A stretch of DNA of 64,000 nt, taken from the NCBI GenBank assembly GCA_035498715.1, contig DATJZV010000026.1, forward strand, positions 76,875 through 140,874, read 5' to 3'. This DNA is from Nitrospirota bacterium (lineage in GTDB: Bacteria > Nitrospirota > UBA9217). Positions 8,920 to 18,873 of this stretch are shown piece after piece. Within the stretch, counting starts at the first letter, position 1. Each line of letters begins with the position of its first letter. The notes under the pieces are model-generated. The model was not told the DNA's origin, did no database searches, and saw only the letters and a list, made by a program, of their open reading frames with translations. A program made the translations under genes and the position numbers.

Positions 8920-9366
8920 CATCATGCTTTCTCTCCCGCGTCTTTGGCCGACCGTGTGCGCCTACCTTTTCGCCGGATACAGGGGTCTGGGAACCCGGGG
9001 GAAAAGCAAAAGTTTTTTTCCGACCCTGGACTGTGCGGCTGTGAGTCAACCAAGCGTAAAGCAGCACAGACAACAGGCAAGAATTCTGCCGGGATGGCGT
9101 GAACGATATATGCGGCCAACGGCAATCGGCATGCAAAGCACGGCAGAGCACCGAGTTGGCCAAAAGACCACGGTCATGATCAAAGAGAAAGCTGACCCTG
9201 TAGGTTCAGAGGAAATTTGTTTGCCCACTCAGAGTGGAGAAGGCTCGATCTTTAAGATTCGCTTCCGATGGCCGCGGACGAACTAGAGATTCATGCAAAC
9301 ACATCCAATCCGTTTGATGATTCTCTCCTCTTTACCTCCCCCTTCCATGTATGTTAAAATGCTGGT

Positions 9367-10803
9367 GTGAGCATACAGCCGATCATCATTTCGCGATCTG
9401 AACATTCCCTCTCCCGTAAGTGGATCAGTCCCAACGCACTCCGGGTGCTCTACCGTTTAAAGGAAAAAGGATATCAAGCATACCTTGTCGGGGGCGGGGT
9501 GCGTGACCTGCTGCTCGGTCGGGAACCAAAGGATTTCGATATTGCCACCGATGCCAAGCCCAATGAGGTCAAAAAGGTCTTCCGAAACTGTCGACTCATC
9601 GGTCGGCGGTTCCGTCTCGCCCACATCCACTTCCACAACGAGATCATTGAAGTCGCCACGTTCCGTGCCCTGACGGAAGAAGAACCGGAGATCGAAGCCC
9701 GTCCGGAAACCACGGAACAGCCTCCCCTCCCGGCCATGCAATCGCCGGTTGAAAGCGCGCCGCCTGACGCGCAGACCCCGCCTGAGGAGAAGCCCCGTCC
9801 TCCGCGGCTTCTCATGACCGAGGATGGCATGATCCTGCGGGACAATGTTTTCGGAACGCCAGAAGAGGACGCGCTGCGGCGCGATTTCACGGTGAACGCT
9901 CTCTTTTACAATATCGCGGATTTTTCAATCATTGACTATGTGGGGGGGATGCAGGACCTCCGGCTTGGGCTCATCCGGATCATCGGCGATCCTGTTGTCC
10001 GTTTCATCGAGGATCCGGTCCGCATGGTGCGGGCCGTGCGTTTTGCCGCCATGCTGGGGTTCGAGATTGAGGAGAATACGTACCGCACGATGCTTGAGCT
10101 AAAGGATCGGTTGGCGCTCGCGTCGCCTTCCCGGATGTACGAGGAAGTGCTCAAGCTTTTTCTGCTCGGCGAGGGCGAGAAGACCTACCAACTGCTTAGG
10201 AAGACCGGAATTTTCGGAGTCATATTCCCGCGACTGAATGAGTGGGTGGACACTGAGTCCGATGGCTTTCCACATACCTGGATTGGCAAAGCCCTCGAAT
10301 GGGTTGATGCGTGCGTGCAGGCGGGGAGACAGGTTCCGCCGCATATCCTTTTCTCGCTAATGTTCGGGCAATTCATGGAGGAAAAATCGGAGGAGCTCAG
10401 GAAATCCGGCGCGTCCGCGCTGGATGCCGTAACACGGACAGTGGCCGAGTTCCTCACGGAGGAGTCGCATCGGGTGATGATCCCGAAGAAGGTCGGTTTT
10501 CCAATGCGCGATATTTACTGGAATCAGTACCGATTTGAGAAAACCGCCGGGAGGCATCCGCTCTATTTTCTCAGAAGGCCCGGGTTTGCCGATGCATTTG
10601 AGTACCTGCGCTTTACGAGTGAGACCACGGGAGAGAAAAAAGAGCTCCGCGCCTGGTGGAAGGAGTTCATCAAGAACCATCCTCTTTCTCCGAGGGAGGA
10701 AAAGGAAATTCAGAAGGGCCGCGAGAAGCGCACCAGGCCGAACAAGAGAAGAAGGAGACGCGGAGGAAAAGGCAAATCTGAAACGAGAAAGCCTGACAAA
10801 TAA
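9367..10803 (+). CDS. pcnB: Poly(A) polymerase I (polynucleotide adenylyltransferase).
   Basis: GTG start. RVLYRLKEKGYQAYLVGGGVRDLLLGREPKDFDIATDAKP is the nucleotidyltransferase head domain. RDFTVNALFYN and the basic C-terminal tail are typical of PcnB. It carries an unusual Pro-rich insert (EQPPLPAMQSPVESAPPDAQTPPEEKPRPPR). Confidence 0.85.
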   Translation: MSIQPIIISRSEHSLSRKWISPNALRVLYRLKEKGYQAYLVGGGVRDLLLGREPKDFDIATDAKPNEVKKVFRNCRLIGRRFRLAHIHFHNEIIEVATFRALTEEEPEIEARPETTEQPPLPAMQSPVESAPPDAQTPPEEKPRPPRLLMTEDGMILRDNVFGTPEEDALRRDFTVNALFYNIADFSIIDYVGGMQDLRLGLIRIIGDPVVRFIEDPVRMVRAVRFAAMLGFEIEENTYRTMLELKDRLALASPSRMYEEVLKLFLLGEGEKTYQLLRKTGIFGVIFPRLNEWVDTESDGFPHTWIGKALEWVDACVQAGRQVPPHILFSLMFGQFMEEKSEELRKSGASALDAVTRTVAEFLTEESHRVMIPKKVGFPMRDIYWNQYRFEKTAGRHPLYFLRRPGFADAFEYLRFTSETTGEKKELRAWWKEFIKNHPLSPREEKEIQKGREKRTRPNKRRRRRGGKGKSETRKPDK

Positions 10804-10916
10804 AGCATAACTTTTTTTTGACCCGCAAAGTGCGCAGCGTTTAATGGAATTTCTCAATAGAAAATTCCATCTTTAGGCTACTTCGCGGCAAATTTGCTTT
10901 ATATTTCCGGAGTCTT

Positions 10917-11651
10917 ATGTCTAAGCCACCCCGTTTTTTTATATCCCCCGGGCAGGTTTCTGGCCCCGACATCACTATCACGGATGAGGACGTGCGCCAT
11001 ATCGCAACGGTGTTGCGCATGAAAACCGGCGATCAACTGCTGCTGTGCGACGGACGCGGGACCGAGTACACCGTGAAAATTTCCGATATCAACAAATCTG
11101 CGATCAAAACGAATATCCTGGGCCAAACTAAGAGCGTGATCAGGTATCCGCTCATCACCCTCGGCCAAGGGCTGCCCAAGTCCGACAAAATGGACTGGAT
11201 CGTGCAGAAGGCGACGGAACTCGGTACAGCGTCCATCGTGGCGCTCATCACCGAGCGGACGATCGTGAAGGTCAAAGACGAAGAAAAACGTCTTGTCCGA
11301 TGGCGGAGGATCTGCCGTGAAGCGGCCATGCAGAGCAATCGTGCAGATATCCCGACGGTGGAAGGGATTCAGACCTTTAAAGATTATGTCCAGACGCTGC
11401 ATCCCCGACCCGGGACCCTCCTCCTCCTTCCCTGGGAAGAGGGAACGGAGCCTATCAAAGGTGTGCTTCGGGCAAGGCCTGAAGTAAAAAATATCGTCAT
11501 CCTCATCGGCCCCGAAGGCGGGTTCTCTGCGGCCGAGGCAGCATTGGCGAAAGATAAGGGCTTTCATGCGGTGAGCCTGGGGCCGAATATCCTCCGTACC
11601 GAAACCGCGACCGTGGCAGTGCTCGGCATAATCGGATACGAGTACTCGTAA
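10917..11651 (+). CDS. rsmE: 16S rRNA (uracil1498-N3)-methyltransferase.
   Basis: The N-terminal PUA-like and SPOUT domains are present; ILIGPEGGFSAAE is the hallmark RsmE motif. Length 244 aa. Confidence 0.9.
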   Translation: MSKPPRFFISPGQVSGPDITITDEDVRHIATVLRMKTGDQLLLCDGRGTEYTVKISDINKSAIKTNILGQTKSVIRYPLITLGQGLPKSDKMDWIVQKATELGTASIVALITERTIVKVKDEEKRLVRWRRICREAAMQSNRADIPTVEGIQTFKDYVQTLHPRPGTLLLLPWEEGTEPIKGVLRARPEVKNIVILIGPEGGFSAAEAALAKDKGFHAVSLGPNILRTETATVAVLGIIGYEYS

Positions 11652-11743
11652 AGGAAGTTCCGGGTCCCTGGTTTTCGATCATGGGAGAGATGGTGTATCC
11701 TCAGACGGGTACCCTTATGCTAAGCGAAGAAGGATCACATCCT

Positions 11744-12018
11744 ATGAGGGCCCGTTCTTTTCTTACCAGATTCGCGTGGCTATCCATTGCTGCGGCGATC
11801 ATTACTATCGGGCTCAAGACCGTGGCGGACCTTGTTACGGGCTCGGCTGGGCTGGGCTGCTGTCGGACACGCTGGAATCGCTTGTCAATCTTGCTGGAGC
11901 GCTCGCGGCGCTGGCAATGCTGACAATCGCCGCCCGACCGGTCCCTCCCGGTATTTTCCTTGACACAAAAACAGCAGAGATGTTAATATCAGCATCTACG
12001 GAAAGGCGGGCTTCATGA
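11744..12018 (+). pseudogene. Remnant of a cation-diffusion-facilitator (CDF) transporter N-terminus. It is frameshifted within a (GGCTG)3 repeat and truncated after about TM2.
   Basis: Frame A reads MRARSFLTRFAWLSIAAAIITIGLKTVADLVTGSAGLG. Frame B continues LLSDTLESLVNLAGALAALAMLTIAARPVPPG. Removing one GGCTG unit (11845-11859) joins them into a CDF-like TM1-TM2 motif (TGS..LL.D.L.SL...L.AL..RP). No downstream H..GHG..E region is present. Confidence 0.35.
11960..11989 (+). promoter_or_regulatory. Sigma70-like promoter for rpiB-glyA.
   Basis: TTGACA (11960-11965), 17-nt spacer, TTAATA (11983-11988), about 25 nt upstream of the rpiB ATG with a GGAAAGG ribosome-binding site. Confidence 0.4.
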
Positions 12019-12467
12019 AACTGGCGATTGGCTGCGACCACGGCGGCTGGGAACTCAAGGAAGAGATCGCAAAATTCATAAAAACAATCAAGAATATAGA
12101 ACTTGTTGACTACGGGACCGCGGGCAGGGACTCCGTGGACTATCCAGACTACGGGAAAAAGGTCTCTGAGGCGGTTTCGAACAGAGGCGTGGACCGTGGC
12201 ATCCTGATCTGCGGTACGGGCATCGGCATGTCAATCGTCGCCAACCGGTATCCGAACGTTCGCGCTGCGCTCTGTCATGACCATTTCACAGCGCAGATGA
12301 GCCGGTTGCACAACGATGCCAATGTGCTGGTCATGGGCGAGCGGGTCATCGGCAAGGGCGTTGCACTGGAAATCGTGAAGACCTGGCTAGAGACTGAATT
12401 CGAGGGCGGGCGGCACCAGAAGCGGCTCGACAAGATACAGGAAATAGAAAAATCGATTAAAGGATAA
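12015..12467 (+). CDS. rpiB: Ribose-5-phosphate isomerase B.
   Basis: [18 protein letters not shown]...[28 protein letters not shown], 150 aa. Confidence 0.9.
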   Translation: MKLAIGCDHGGWELKEEIAKFIKTIKNIELVDYGTAGRDSVDYPDYGKKVSEAVSNRGVDRGILICGTGIGMSIVANRYPNVRAALCHDHFTAQMSRLHNDANVLVMGERVIGKGVALEIVKTWLETEFEGGRHQKRLDKIQEIEKSIKG

Positions 12468-12471
12468 CACC

Positions 12472-13725
12472 ATGTCAGGACTCAAAGAGACGGACCCCGA
12501 AGTCTACAACGCGATCAAGGGCGAGGACGAGCGCGAACTCTCCAAGATCGTCCTCATAGCATCGGAAAACTACGTGAGCCAGGCAGTGCTAGAGGCTCAG
12601 GGCTCGGTCTTCACGAATAAATATGCCGAGGGATACCCTAACCGGCGCTACTATGGTGGATGCGAGTTTGCCGACCAGGTTGAGTTGCTTGCCATCGAGC
12701 GTGCAAAGGCGCTCTTTGGCGCTGAACACGTGAATGTCCAGCCCCACTCGGGTTCGCAGGCCAACATGGCCGCGTACTTCAGTGTCCTCCAGCCCGGCGA
12801 TACCATCCTGGGCATGGCCCTCCCGCACGGCGGGCACCTGACCCACGGAGCGTCGGTCAGCTTCTCGGGCATGCTTTACAAGTCCTTCTCCTACGGCGTG
12901 GACAAAAAAACAGAACTGCTCGACTATGACGAATTAGAGCGGCTTGCCATGGAGCACAAACCGAAAATGATTGTCGCCGGTTATAGCGCCTATTCGAGGA
13001 CCCTCGATTTCCCGAGGTTCCGGAGGATTGCGGACAAAGTCGGCGCGTACCTGATGGCGGATATTGCTCACATCGCCGGGCTCGTTGCGGCGGGCGAACA
13101 TCCAAGCCCGGTGCCCTACGCGGACTTCGTGACGACGACGACGCACAAGACCTTGCGCGGCCCGCGCGGGGGCATGATCATGTGCATGGAAAAGTTCGCC
13201 AAGGCAGTGGACAAGGCCATCTTCCCCGGGATCCAGGGCGGGCCGCTCGTGCACGTGATCGCGGCCAAGGCCGTCTCGTTTAAGGAAGCGCTCATGCCCG
13301 AGTTCAAGGACTACCAGCGCCAGGTCGTGAAGAACGCGAAAGCGCTGGCGCGGCGGCTGGCCGCGGATGGGTTCCGCATCGTTTCGGGGTCCACGGAAAA
13401 CCACCTGATGCTCGTGGACCTGACTCCCAAGAACATTACCGGCAAAGACGCCGAGATCGCCCTCGACGCTGCAGGCATTACGTGCAACAAGAACAGCATT
13501 CCGTACGACCAGAAGCCTCCGGTGACGACGAGCGGTATCCGGCTCGGCACACCGATCGTGACCACGCGCGGCATGCGCGAGCCAGAGATGAGGGTTATCG
13601 GCGACCTCATCTGCGAAGCGCTTGCGAACGCCAATGCGCCTGGCAAGCTCGCGGCTCTCAAAGAGCGAACCAAGGCGTTCTGCGCCAAATTCCCAATGTT
13701 CGCAATGGAAAAGGCCGAGGTGTAA
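12472..13725 (+). CDS. glyA: Serine hydroxymethyltransferase.
   Basis: 417 aa with [29 protein letters not shown], the PLP lysine region [14 protein letters not shown], and GIQGGPL. Confidence 0.95.
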   Translation: MSGLKETDPEVYNAIKGEDERELSKIVLIASENYVSQAVLEAQGSVFTNKYAEGYPNRRYYGGCEFADQVELLAIERAKALFGAEHVNVQPHSGSQANMAAYFSVLQPGDTILGMALPHGGHLTHGASVSFSGMLYKSFSYGVDKKTELLDYDELERLAMEHKPKMIVAGYSAYSRTLDFPRFRRIADKVGAYLMADIAHIAGLVAAGEHPSPVPYADFVTTTTHKTLRGPRGGMIMCMEKFAKAVDKAIFPGIQGGPLVHVIAAKAVSFKEALMPEFKDYQRQVVKNAKALARRLAADGFRIVSGSTENHLMLVDLTPKNITGKDAEIALDAAGITCNKNSIPYDQKPPVTTSGIRLGTPIVTTRGMREPEMRVIGDLICEALANANAPGKLAALKERTKAFCAKFPMFAMEKAEV

Positions 13726-13868
13726 ATTTAATAATGTTCCAAAATCTCAAAATCAGAAGTTCCACAGAATAACCCATTGTAACGTTTCAATCGACAACCA
13801 GCTTGATGCTTGCAATTTCGGTTCTTGGAACTCATTCGAGATTTGGTACGTGTGATTTGGAGCTTACT

Positions 13869-14333
13869 ATGACCAGACCGTCCTGGGACGAATATTTTAT
13901 GGAGATCGCGCACCTCGTGAAGAAGCGCGCCACATGCCTCCGGCGTCAGGTTGGAGCAGTGATCGTCAAAGACAAGAATATCCTCGCCACGGGGTACAAC
14001 GGTGCGCCCTCCGGCATCGACCATTGCCTCGAGCGTGGCTGCCTGCGCGAGCAGCTCGGCATCCCGTCGGGCGAGCGGCACGAGATCTGCCGCGGCCTGC
14101 ATGCGGAGCAGAACGCGATCATCCAGGCGGCCAAGCACGGCACGAGCATCGAGGGTGCCACGCTCTACTGCACGAACCAGCCCTGCGGCATCTGCGCCAA
14201 GATGATCATAAACGCGGGCGTGAAGCAGATCATCTATGAGGACGGCTACCCAGACGCCCTGGCCGCCGAGATGCTGAACGAATCCGGCATCAAGATCACG
14301 CAGTATAAGAAATCAGAACCAGTTCGCAGCTGA
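13869..14333 (+). CDS. Deoxycytidylate (dCMP) deaminase, ComEB-like.
   Basis: [31 protein letters not shown], the zinc motif HAEQNAI...PCGICAKMI, about 155 aa from the internal Met. Confidence 0.85.
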   Translation: MTRPSWDEYFMEIAHLVKKRATCLRRQVGAVIVKDKNILATGYNGAPSGIDHCLERGCLREQLGIPSGERHEICRGLHAEQNAIIQAAKHGTSIEGATLYCTNQPCGICAKMIINAGVKQIIYEDGYPDALAAEMLNESGIKITQYKKSEPVRS

Positions 14334-14401
14334 TGCCTCATGGTTGATACCAGTTTCTACGAGCTTCAAACCATGAGACAAGAGCCATAACGAGCCAAAC
14401 C

Positions 14402-14950
14402 ATGCGCTGTCCCTATTGTTCCAGCATTGACAATAAAGTGGTGGATTCCCGGATGGGGAAGGAAGGCGACTCCATCAGGCGCAGGCGCGAGTGCCTCAAG
14501 TGCGAGGGCCGGTTCACCACGTACGAGCGCGTCGAAGAAGTGCTGCCGTCGGTCATTAAGAAGGATGGGCGTCGCGAGCCCTTCGACCGGTTGAAGATCT
14601 TGAACGGGCTCAAGAAGGCATGCGAGAAGCGTCCCATAAGCACGGAGATGCTCGAAAAGACCGTGGAGGAGATTGAGAAGTCCCTCCAGGAGAAGGGTCT
14701 GAAGGAAATACCAAGCACGGTCATCGGCGAGGAAGTAATGGAACGGTTGCATAAGCTGGACGAAGTCGCCTACGTCCGTTTTGCTTCGGTCTACCGGTCT
14801 TTCCGGGACATCAACGAGTTTATGAGCGAGCTCAAAGACATCCTGAGCAACAAGGAAATGAAGGCCGTGAAGGAGACCACCGAAAAGCCACAGAAGCCGG
14901 AAGACAAAAGTCCGAAGCCGGAGAAATTATCCTTGCCTCTTGATACGTAG
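14402..14950 (+). CDS. nrdR: Transcriptional repressor NrdR.
   Basis: [46 protein letters not shown] (zinc ribbon plus ATP-cone). It carries a roughly 30-aa lysine- and glutamate-rich C-terminal extension. Confidence 0.9.
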   Translation: MRCPYCSSIDNKVVDSRMGKEGDSIRRRRECLKCEGRFTTYERVEEVLPSVIKKDGRREPFDRLKILNGLKKACEKRPISTEMLEKTVEEIEKSLQEKGLKEIPSTVIGEEVMERLHKLDEVAYVRFASVYRSFRDINEFMSELKDILSNKEMKAVKETTEKPQKPEDKSPKPEKLSLPLDT

Positions 14951-14976
14951 ACCCTTGACCTCTGTGATCACATCCT

Positions 14977-17160
14977 ATGACCGACCTTATCGCTGATATA
15001 GCCGTCGGTGTTTCCGTAAACAAAACCTTCCACTACCATATCCCCGAGGAGATGACCGGACGTCTTGTAATTGGTTCACGTGTGCTCGTCCCGTTCGGCA
15101 GCAGGCGCATCGCCGGAACGGTGATCGCCTTTTCAAACAAGACCGATGTGGCCGGCCTCAAATCCATCATCGAAATCCTCGACTATCCCCTCATGACGGA
15201 ACTCCTCACCCTCGCTCGCTGGATGTCCGACTATTATATGTATCCTCTCGGTCAGACCATCGAAGTCATGGTGCCCAAAGCCGTTTCGCGCGCAAAACCC
15301 AAAAAGAAAAAGTATATCCGCCTGTTGTCAATACCTCTCCCCGGTGGGGAAAGCGGTAAGGTGAGGGGAAAGAAGCAAGCCGAGCTTGTGCGGCTTCTTT
15401 CGGACCTGGGCGAGATGGCTAGCGATGAGCTCCGTGCATTCTCGTCTCAAACCATAAGATCCTTGAGCAATGCGGGGATCGTCGAGATCATTGAGCGGGA
15501 AACTCTCGTCGCTGCAGCGCCTGAAGGTTTTACCCCAAGCACTCCGCCCCTGCTCATGCCCGAGCAGGCCGGGGCAGTACAAGGAATCACAGAAGCGATT
15601 GCCGCCAGACGCTTCGAGGTATTTCTGCTCCATGGCGTGACCGGAAGCGGCAAGACCGAGGTTTATCTCCAGATCATTGCGAGGCTCGCCAATACGGGTA
15701 GCGGTGCAATCGTGCTGGTGCCCGAAATCGCGCTCACGCCGCAGCTCCTCGCAAGGTTCAGGGGGCGCTTCGGCAACCGCGTTGCCGTCCTTCATAGCGG
15801 GCTCACGGACCGCGAGCGGGCCGGCGAATATCGGCGCATTCAGGCAGGTCAGGTGGATGTCGTCGTCGGCGCTCGTTCGGCGATCTTCGCCCCGTTTGGA
15901 CGCATAGGGCTTATCATAGTCGACGAAGAGCATGAGAATTCGTACAAGCAGGATGAGGGGCTCCACTACCATGCGCGGGACGTTGCGGTCATGCGCGCAA
16001 AGTTTCAGGGTGCCGTTGCTGTGCTTGGCTCTGCCACACCGTCCCTTGAAAGCTACTACAACGCAAAGAGCGGCAAATATCGATATCTCCATATGGCTCA
16101 CCGCGTGGACCACCGTCCCATGCCCGAGGTAGCGGTGGTCGACCTGAAAGTCCTGCCCAAGTCCTCGCTCTATTCTCCAGTTCTCGTAGAGCAGATCAAA
16201 CAGCGGCTCGAAAAGAACGAGCAGGCTCTCCTCCTCCTGAACCGTAGAGGGTTCTCGTCCGTACTTATCTGTGGGGACTGTGGCGAGGCCGTAAAATGCC
16301 CGAGCTGCAGCGTGTCACTCACCTTTCACAAGGCGGAACAGAAGCTGAAGTGCCACTACTGCGGATATCTCATTCGGCCGCCAGACCGATGTCCGTCGTG
16401 CTCGAGCATCAACCTGAAGTTGCTTGGCTCAGGCACGCAGAAGATCGAAGAAGAGCTGAGGGCACTTTTTCCTGGTGCACGCATAAAGAGAATGGACAGC
16501 GACACGGTCAAAGGCAGGCAGGCGTACGATACTCTGCTCAGGCAGGTTGACCGGCGGGAGGTGGATATCCTGCTCGGAACGCAGATGGTCGCGAAGGGAC
16601 ACGATTTCCCATCGGTGACCCTCGTCGGCGTTGTGGACGCTGATGTCGGGCTGAACCTGCCTGACTTCCGGTCATCGGAAAAGACCTTCCAGCTCATTAC
16701 CCAGGCCGCGGGCAGGGCCGGGCGGGGAGAGACCGCGGGTGAAGTGATCATCCAGACCATGAACCCGCGCCACTATTCCATCCAGCACAGCAGGACCCAC
16801 AACTACGAAGGGTTCTATGATGAAGAGATTTCGTACCGGAGGGAACTCGGGTATCCGCCGGTCGGGCGGATAATCAAGCTCGAAGTGAAAAGCGTCAATG
16901 AGTCCCACGCCGCTGAAGCTGCGAAGACCGCGCAGACCCGTATGCGCAGCCTGATGCGGGGAAAAGAGACCATACTCCTGGGTCCCGCGCCCGCGCCGAT
17001 AGCAAGGGTGCGCGGTCGGTATCGATTCCAGCTGCTCCTGCTTTCTCAGAAACGTGACCTGATCAGATCCCTGGCCGAAGAGGGTAGGAATATCGTGGAA
17101 GAGAAGTTTGGCAGGAAGTGCAAGGTAATCGTGGACGTGGACCCGATGAATCTGATGTGA
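14977..17160 (+). CDS. priA: Primosomal protein N' (replication restart helicase).
   Basis: 727 aa with the Walker A motif HGVTGSGKTEVY, the DEEH box, a Cys-rich zinc-binding region (CGDCGEAVKCPSCSVSLTFHKAEQKLKCHYCG...CPSC), and helicase motif VI QAAGRAGR. Confidence 0.9.
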   Translation: MTDLIADIAVGVSVNKTFHYHIPEEMTGRLVIGSRVLVPFGSRRIAGTVIAFSNKTDVAGLKSIIEILDYPLMTELLTLARWMSDYYMYPLGQTIEVMVPKAVSRAKPKKKKYIRLLSIPLPGGESGKVRGKKQAELVRLLSDLGEMASDELRAFSSQTIRSLSNAGIVEIIERETLVAAAPEGFTPSTPPLLMPEQAGAVQGITEAIAARRFEVFLLHGVTGSGKTEVYLQIIARLANTGSGAIVLVPEIALTPQLLARFRGRFGNRVAVLHSGLTDRERAGEYRRIQAGQVDVVVGARSAIFAPFGRIGLIIVDEEHENSYKQDEGLHYHARDVAVMRAKFQGAVAVLGSATPSLESYYNAKSGKYRYLHMAHRVDHRPMPEVAVVDLKVLPKSSLYSPVLVEQIKQRLEKNEQALLLLNRRGFSSVLICGDCGEAVKCPSCSVSLTFHKAEQKLKCHYCGYLIRPPDRCPSCSSINLKLLGSGTQKIEEELRALFPGARIKRMDSDTVKGRQAYDTLLRQVDRREVDILLGTQMVAKGHDFPSVTLVGVVDADVGLNLPDFRSSEKTFQLITQAAGRAGRGETAGEVIIQTMNPRHYSIQHSRTHNYEGFYDEEISYRRELGYPPVGRIIKLEVKSVNESHAAEAAKTAQTRMRSLMRGKETILLGPAPAPIARVRGRYRFQLLLLSQKRDLIRSLAEEGRNIVEEKFGRKCKVIVDVDPMNLM

Positions 17161-17337
17161 TACGTATAAGGCAAATGAAATAGCTGCCGAATTGGAAAAA
17201 AAATTCCGCGAAGATCCTAGAGTTGCAAAGAAAGCACTAATTTTCATTTTATGCTTTTAAAAGCTTTCGCAAGATTTGCGCATATGAAAATCTTTTTGCA
17301 CAGTCTTGTCCGAGTCAGGGAATGATCGATGCCAGCC

Positions 17338-18873
17338 TCAGTGCGCTGGAGGAGGGCCACTGGATGCCGCAGCGCGTTTCATCAGGAATACGAGTGGTAA
17401 AACGCAGAGGATCAGGGCGCAGATGGTCAGGAAGGCATCGGTGAAGGCGAGGGTCGTAGATTGCCGGACCAGCTCCCGGTACATCAGGCCGTCGGCACCG
17501 GCTGGTGGCAGCCCTTGTGATCCTAGGAAAGCCCCTATTCTGTCCCGGTAAATAGAATAAGCCGGATCGAAAGGGTTCAGATGCTCCACGAGACGCGTCT
17601 GATGAAACTGGGCGCGCCGGGAGAGCATGGTCGTCGTAAAGGCGATGCCTACGCTGCCCCCCAGGTTTCGGAGCAGGTTGTAAAGAGAACTTGCCTCGGT
17701 CATATTCTCCCGGGGGATGTGGGAGAGGGTCATCGTGGTGAGCGGTATGAAGGTCAAACCCATGCCGATGCCTAGGATCGTGCGGGGCCAGACAAAGGTC
17801 CAGAAGTCCGTGGTGAGATTGAACTGCGACATCATGTAGGTGCTGAGGGCGCAGATCAATATACCGATGGCAAGAAGGCGCTTGGGATTGACTTTGCTTA
17901 TCAGTTTGCCAGCAAAAGGCATGGCGAGCATAGTGGCCAAGCCACCGGGACCGAGCACAAGGCCGGCATAAAATGACGTATACCCCATGATCGACTGGAG
18001 AAAAATGGGCAGAAGCACGATGCTTCCGAAGAGGTTCAGGAAGACGAAGAACATCACCGTGGCGCCGCTCGTGAACGTACGGTCCTTGAACAGCCGGAGG
18101 TTGACGATGGGATGTTCGGAATAGTACTCATTGATCACCAAGAGCACAAGCGATACAACCGAGATGATTGCGAAGGTCACGATGAGGTTCGAAGCAAACC
18201 AGTCCTCATTCTCCCCTTTATCAAGGATGAACTGGAGAGAGCCCAGACCAGCGGCAAGGAACGCAAGGCCCCAATAGTCGATCTTCATTTTGACGCGCTT
18301 CATGTATGGAGGGTCCTGGATCACGATGATGTTCATGATGATGGAAAGGATACCGATGGGGATGTTGATATAGAAGATCCAGCGCCAGGACCAGTTGTCC
18401 GTGATCCAGCCGCCGAGCACGGGGCCGACAATGGGACCAAGCATGGCACCCATGCCGAAGATGGCCATGGCCGTGCCGTGTTTTTCACGGGGAAAGGTTT
18501 CGAGCAGGATCGACTGGCTCAGCGGAACGAGCCCACCGCCTCCGATGCCCTGGACGATCCTAAAGAAAACGAGGCTTTGGAGGCTCCAAGCCGACCCGCA
18601 CATGAACGAGCTGAAGGTGAAGAGGGCTATTGAGGCGATTAGGTAATTTTTTCTACCGATAAGCCGGGAGAGCCACCCTGCCATAGGGATGATGATGGCG
18701 TTCGACACGAGGTAGGCAGTGATGGTCCATGTGGACTCGTCAATGCCTGCGGACAGCGATCCCCTGATGTGATTGAGCGAGACGTTCACGACCGAAGTGT
18801 CGATGATCTCGATCAAAGTCGGGAGCATTACCGTGAGGGCGACGAGGCCGCGGCTCATGGTGCCTCTGTTCAT
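17338..18873 (-). CDS. emrB: MFS transporter of the DHA2 (EmrB/QacA) family, 14-TM drug efflux pump.
   Basis: 511 aa with multiple TM helices and the MFS motifs GRKNYLIASIALFTFSSFMCG and WRWIFYINIPIG. Its start overlaps the stop of the upstream emrA-like gene (ATGA). Confidence 0.85.
   Translation of the reverse strand: MNRGTMSRGLVALTVMLPTLIEIIDTSVVNVSLNHIRGSLSAGIDESTWTITAYLVSNAIIIPMAGWLSRLIGRKNYLIASIALFTFSSFMCGSAWSLQSLVFFRIVQGIGGGGLVPLSQSILLETFPREKHGTAMAIFGMGAMLGPIVGPVLGGWITDNWSWRWIFYINIPIGILSIIMNIIVIQDPPYMKRVKMKIDYWGLAFLAAGLGSLQFILDKGENEDWFASNLIVTFAIISVVSLVLLVINEYYSEHPIVNLRLFKDRTFTSGATVMFFVFLNLFGSIVLLPIFLQSIMGYTSFYAGLVLGPGGLATMLAMPFAGKLISKVNPKRLLAIGILICALSTYMMSQFNLTTDFWTFVWPRTILGIGMGLTFIPLTTMTLSHIPRENMTEASSLYNLLRNLGGSVGIAFTTTMLSRRAQFHQTRLVEHLNPFDPAYSIYRDRIGAFLGSQGLPPAGADGLMYRELVRQSTTLAFTDAFLTICALILCVLPLVFLMKRAAASSGPPPAH

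Noticed and set aside
9474-9890. Antisense ORFs inside pcnB, plus many similar 60-260-aa ORFs opposite glyA, priA, glgB, ileS, tkt and other genes.
   Set aside because: They are typical high-GC shadow ORFs: Arg/Ser/Pro-rich, with no motifs, and always opposite a well-supported gene.
17161-17337. GCTTTTAAAAGC palindrome and an A-run between the convergent priA and emrB genes, as a bidirectional terminator.
   Set aside because: The stem is very short and AT-rich. It is plausible but too weak to annotate.
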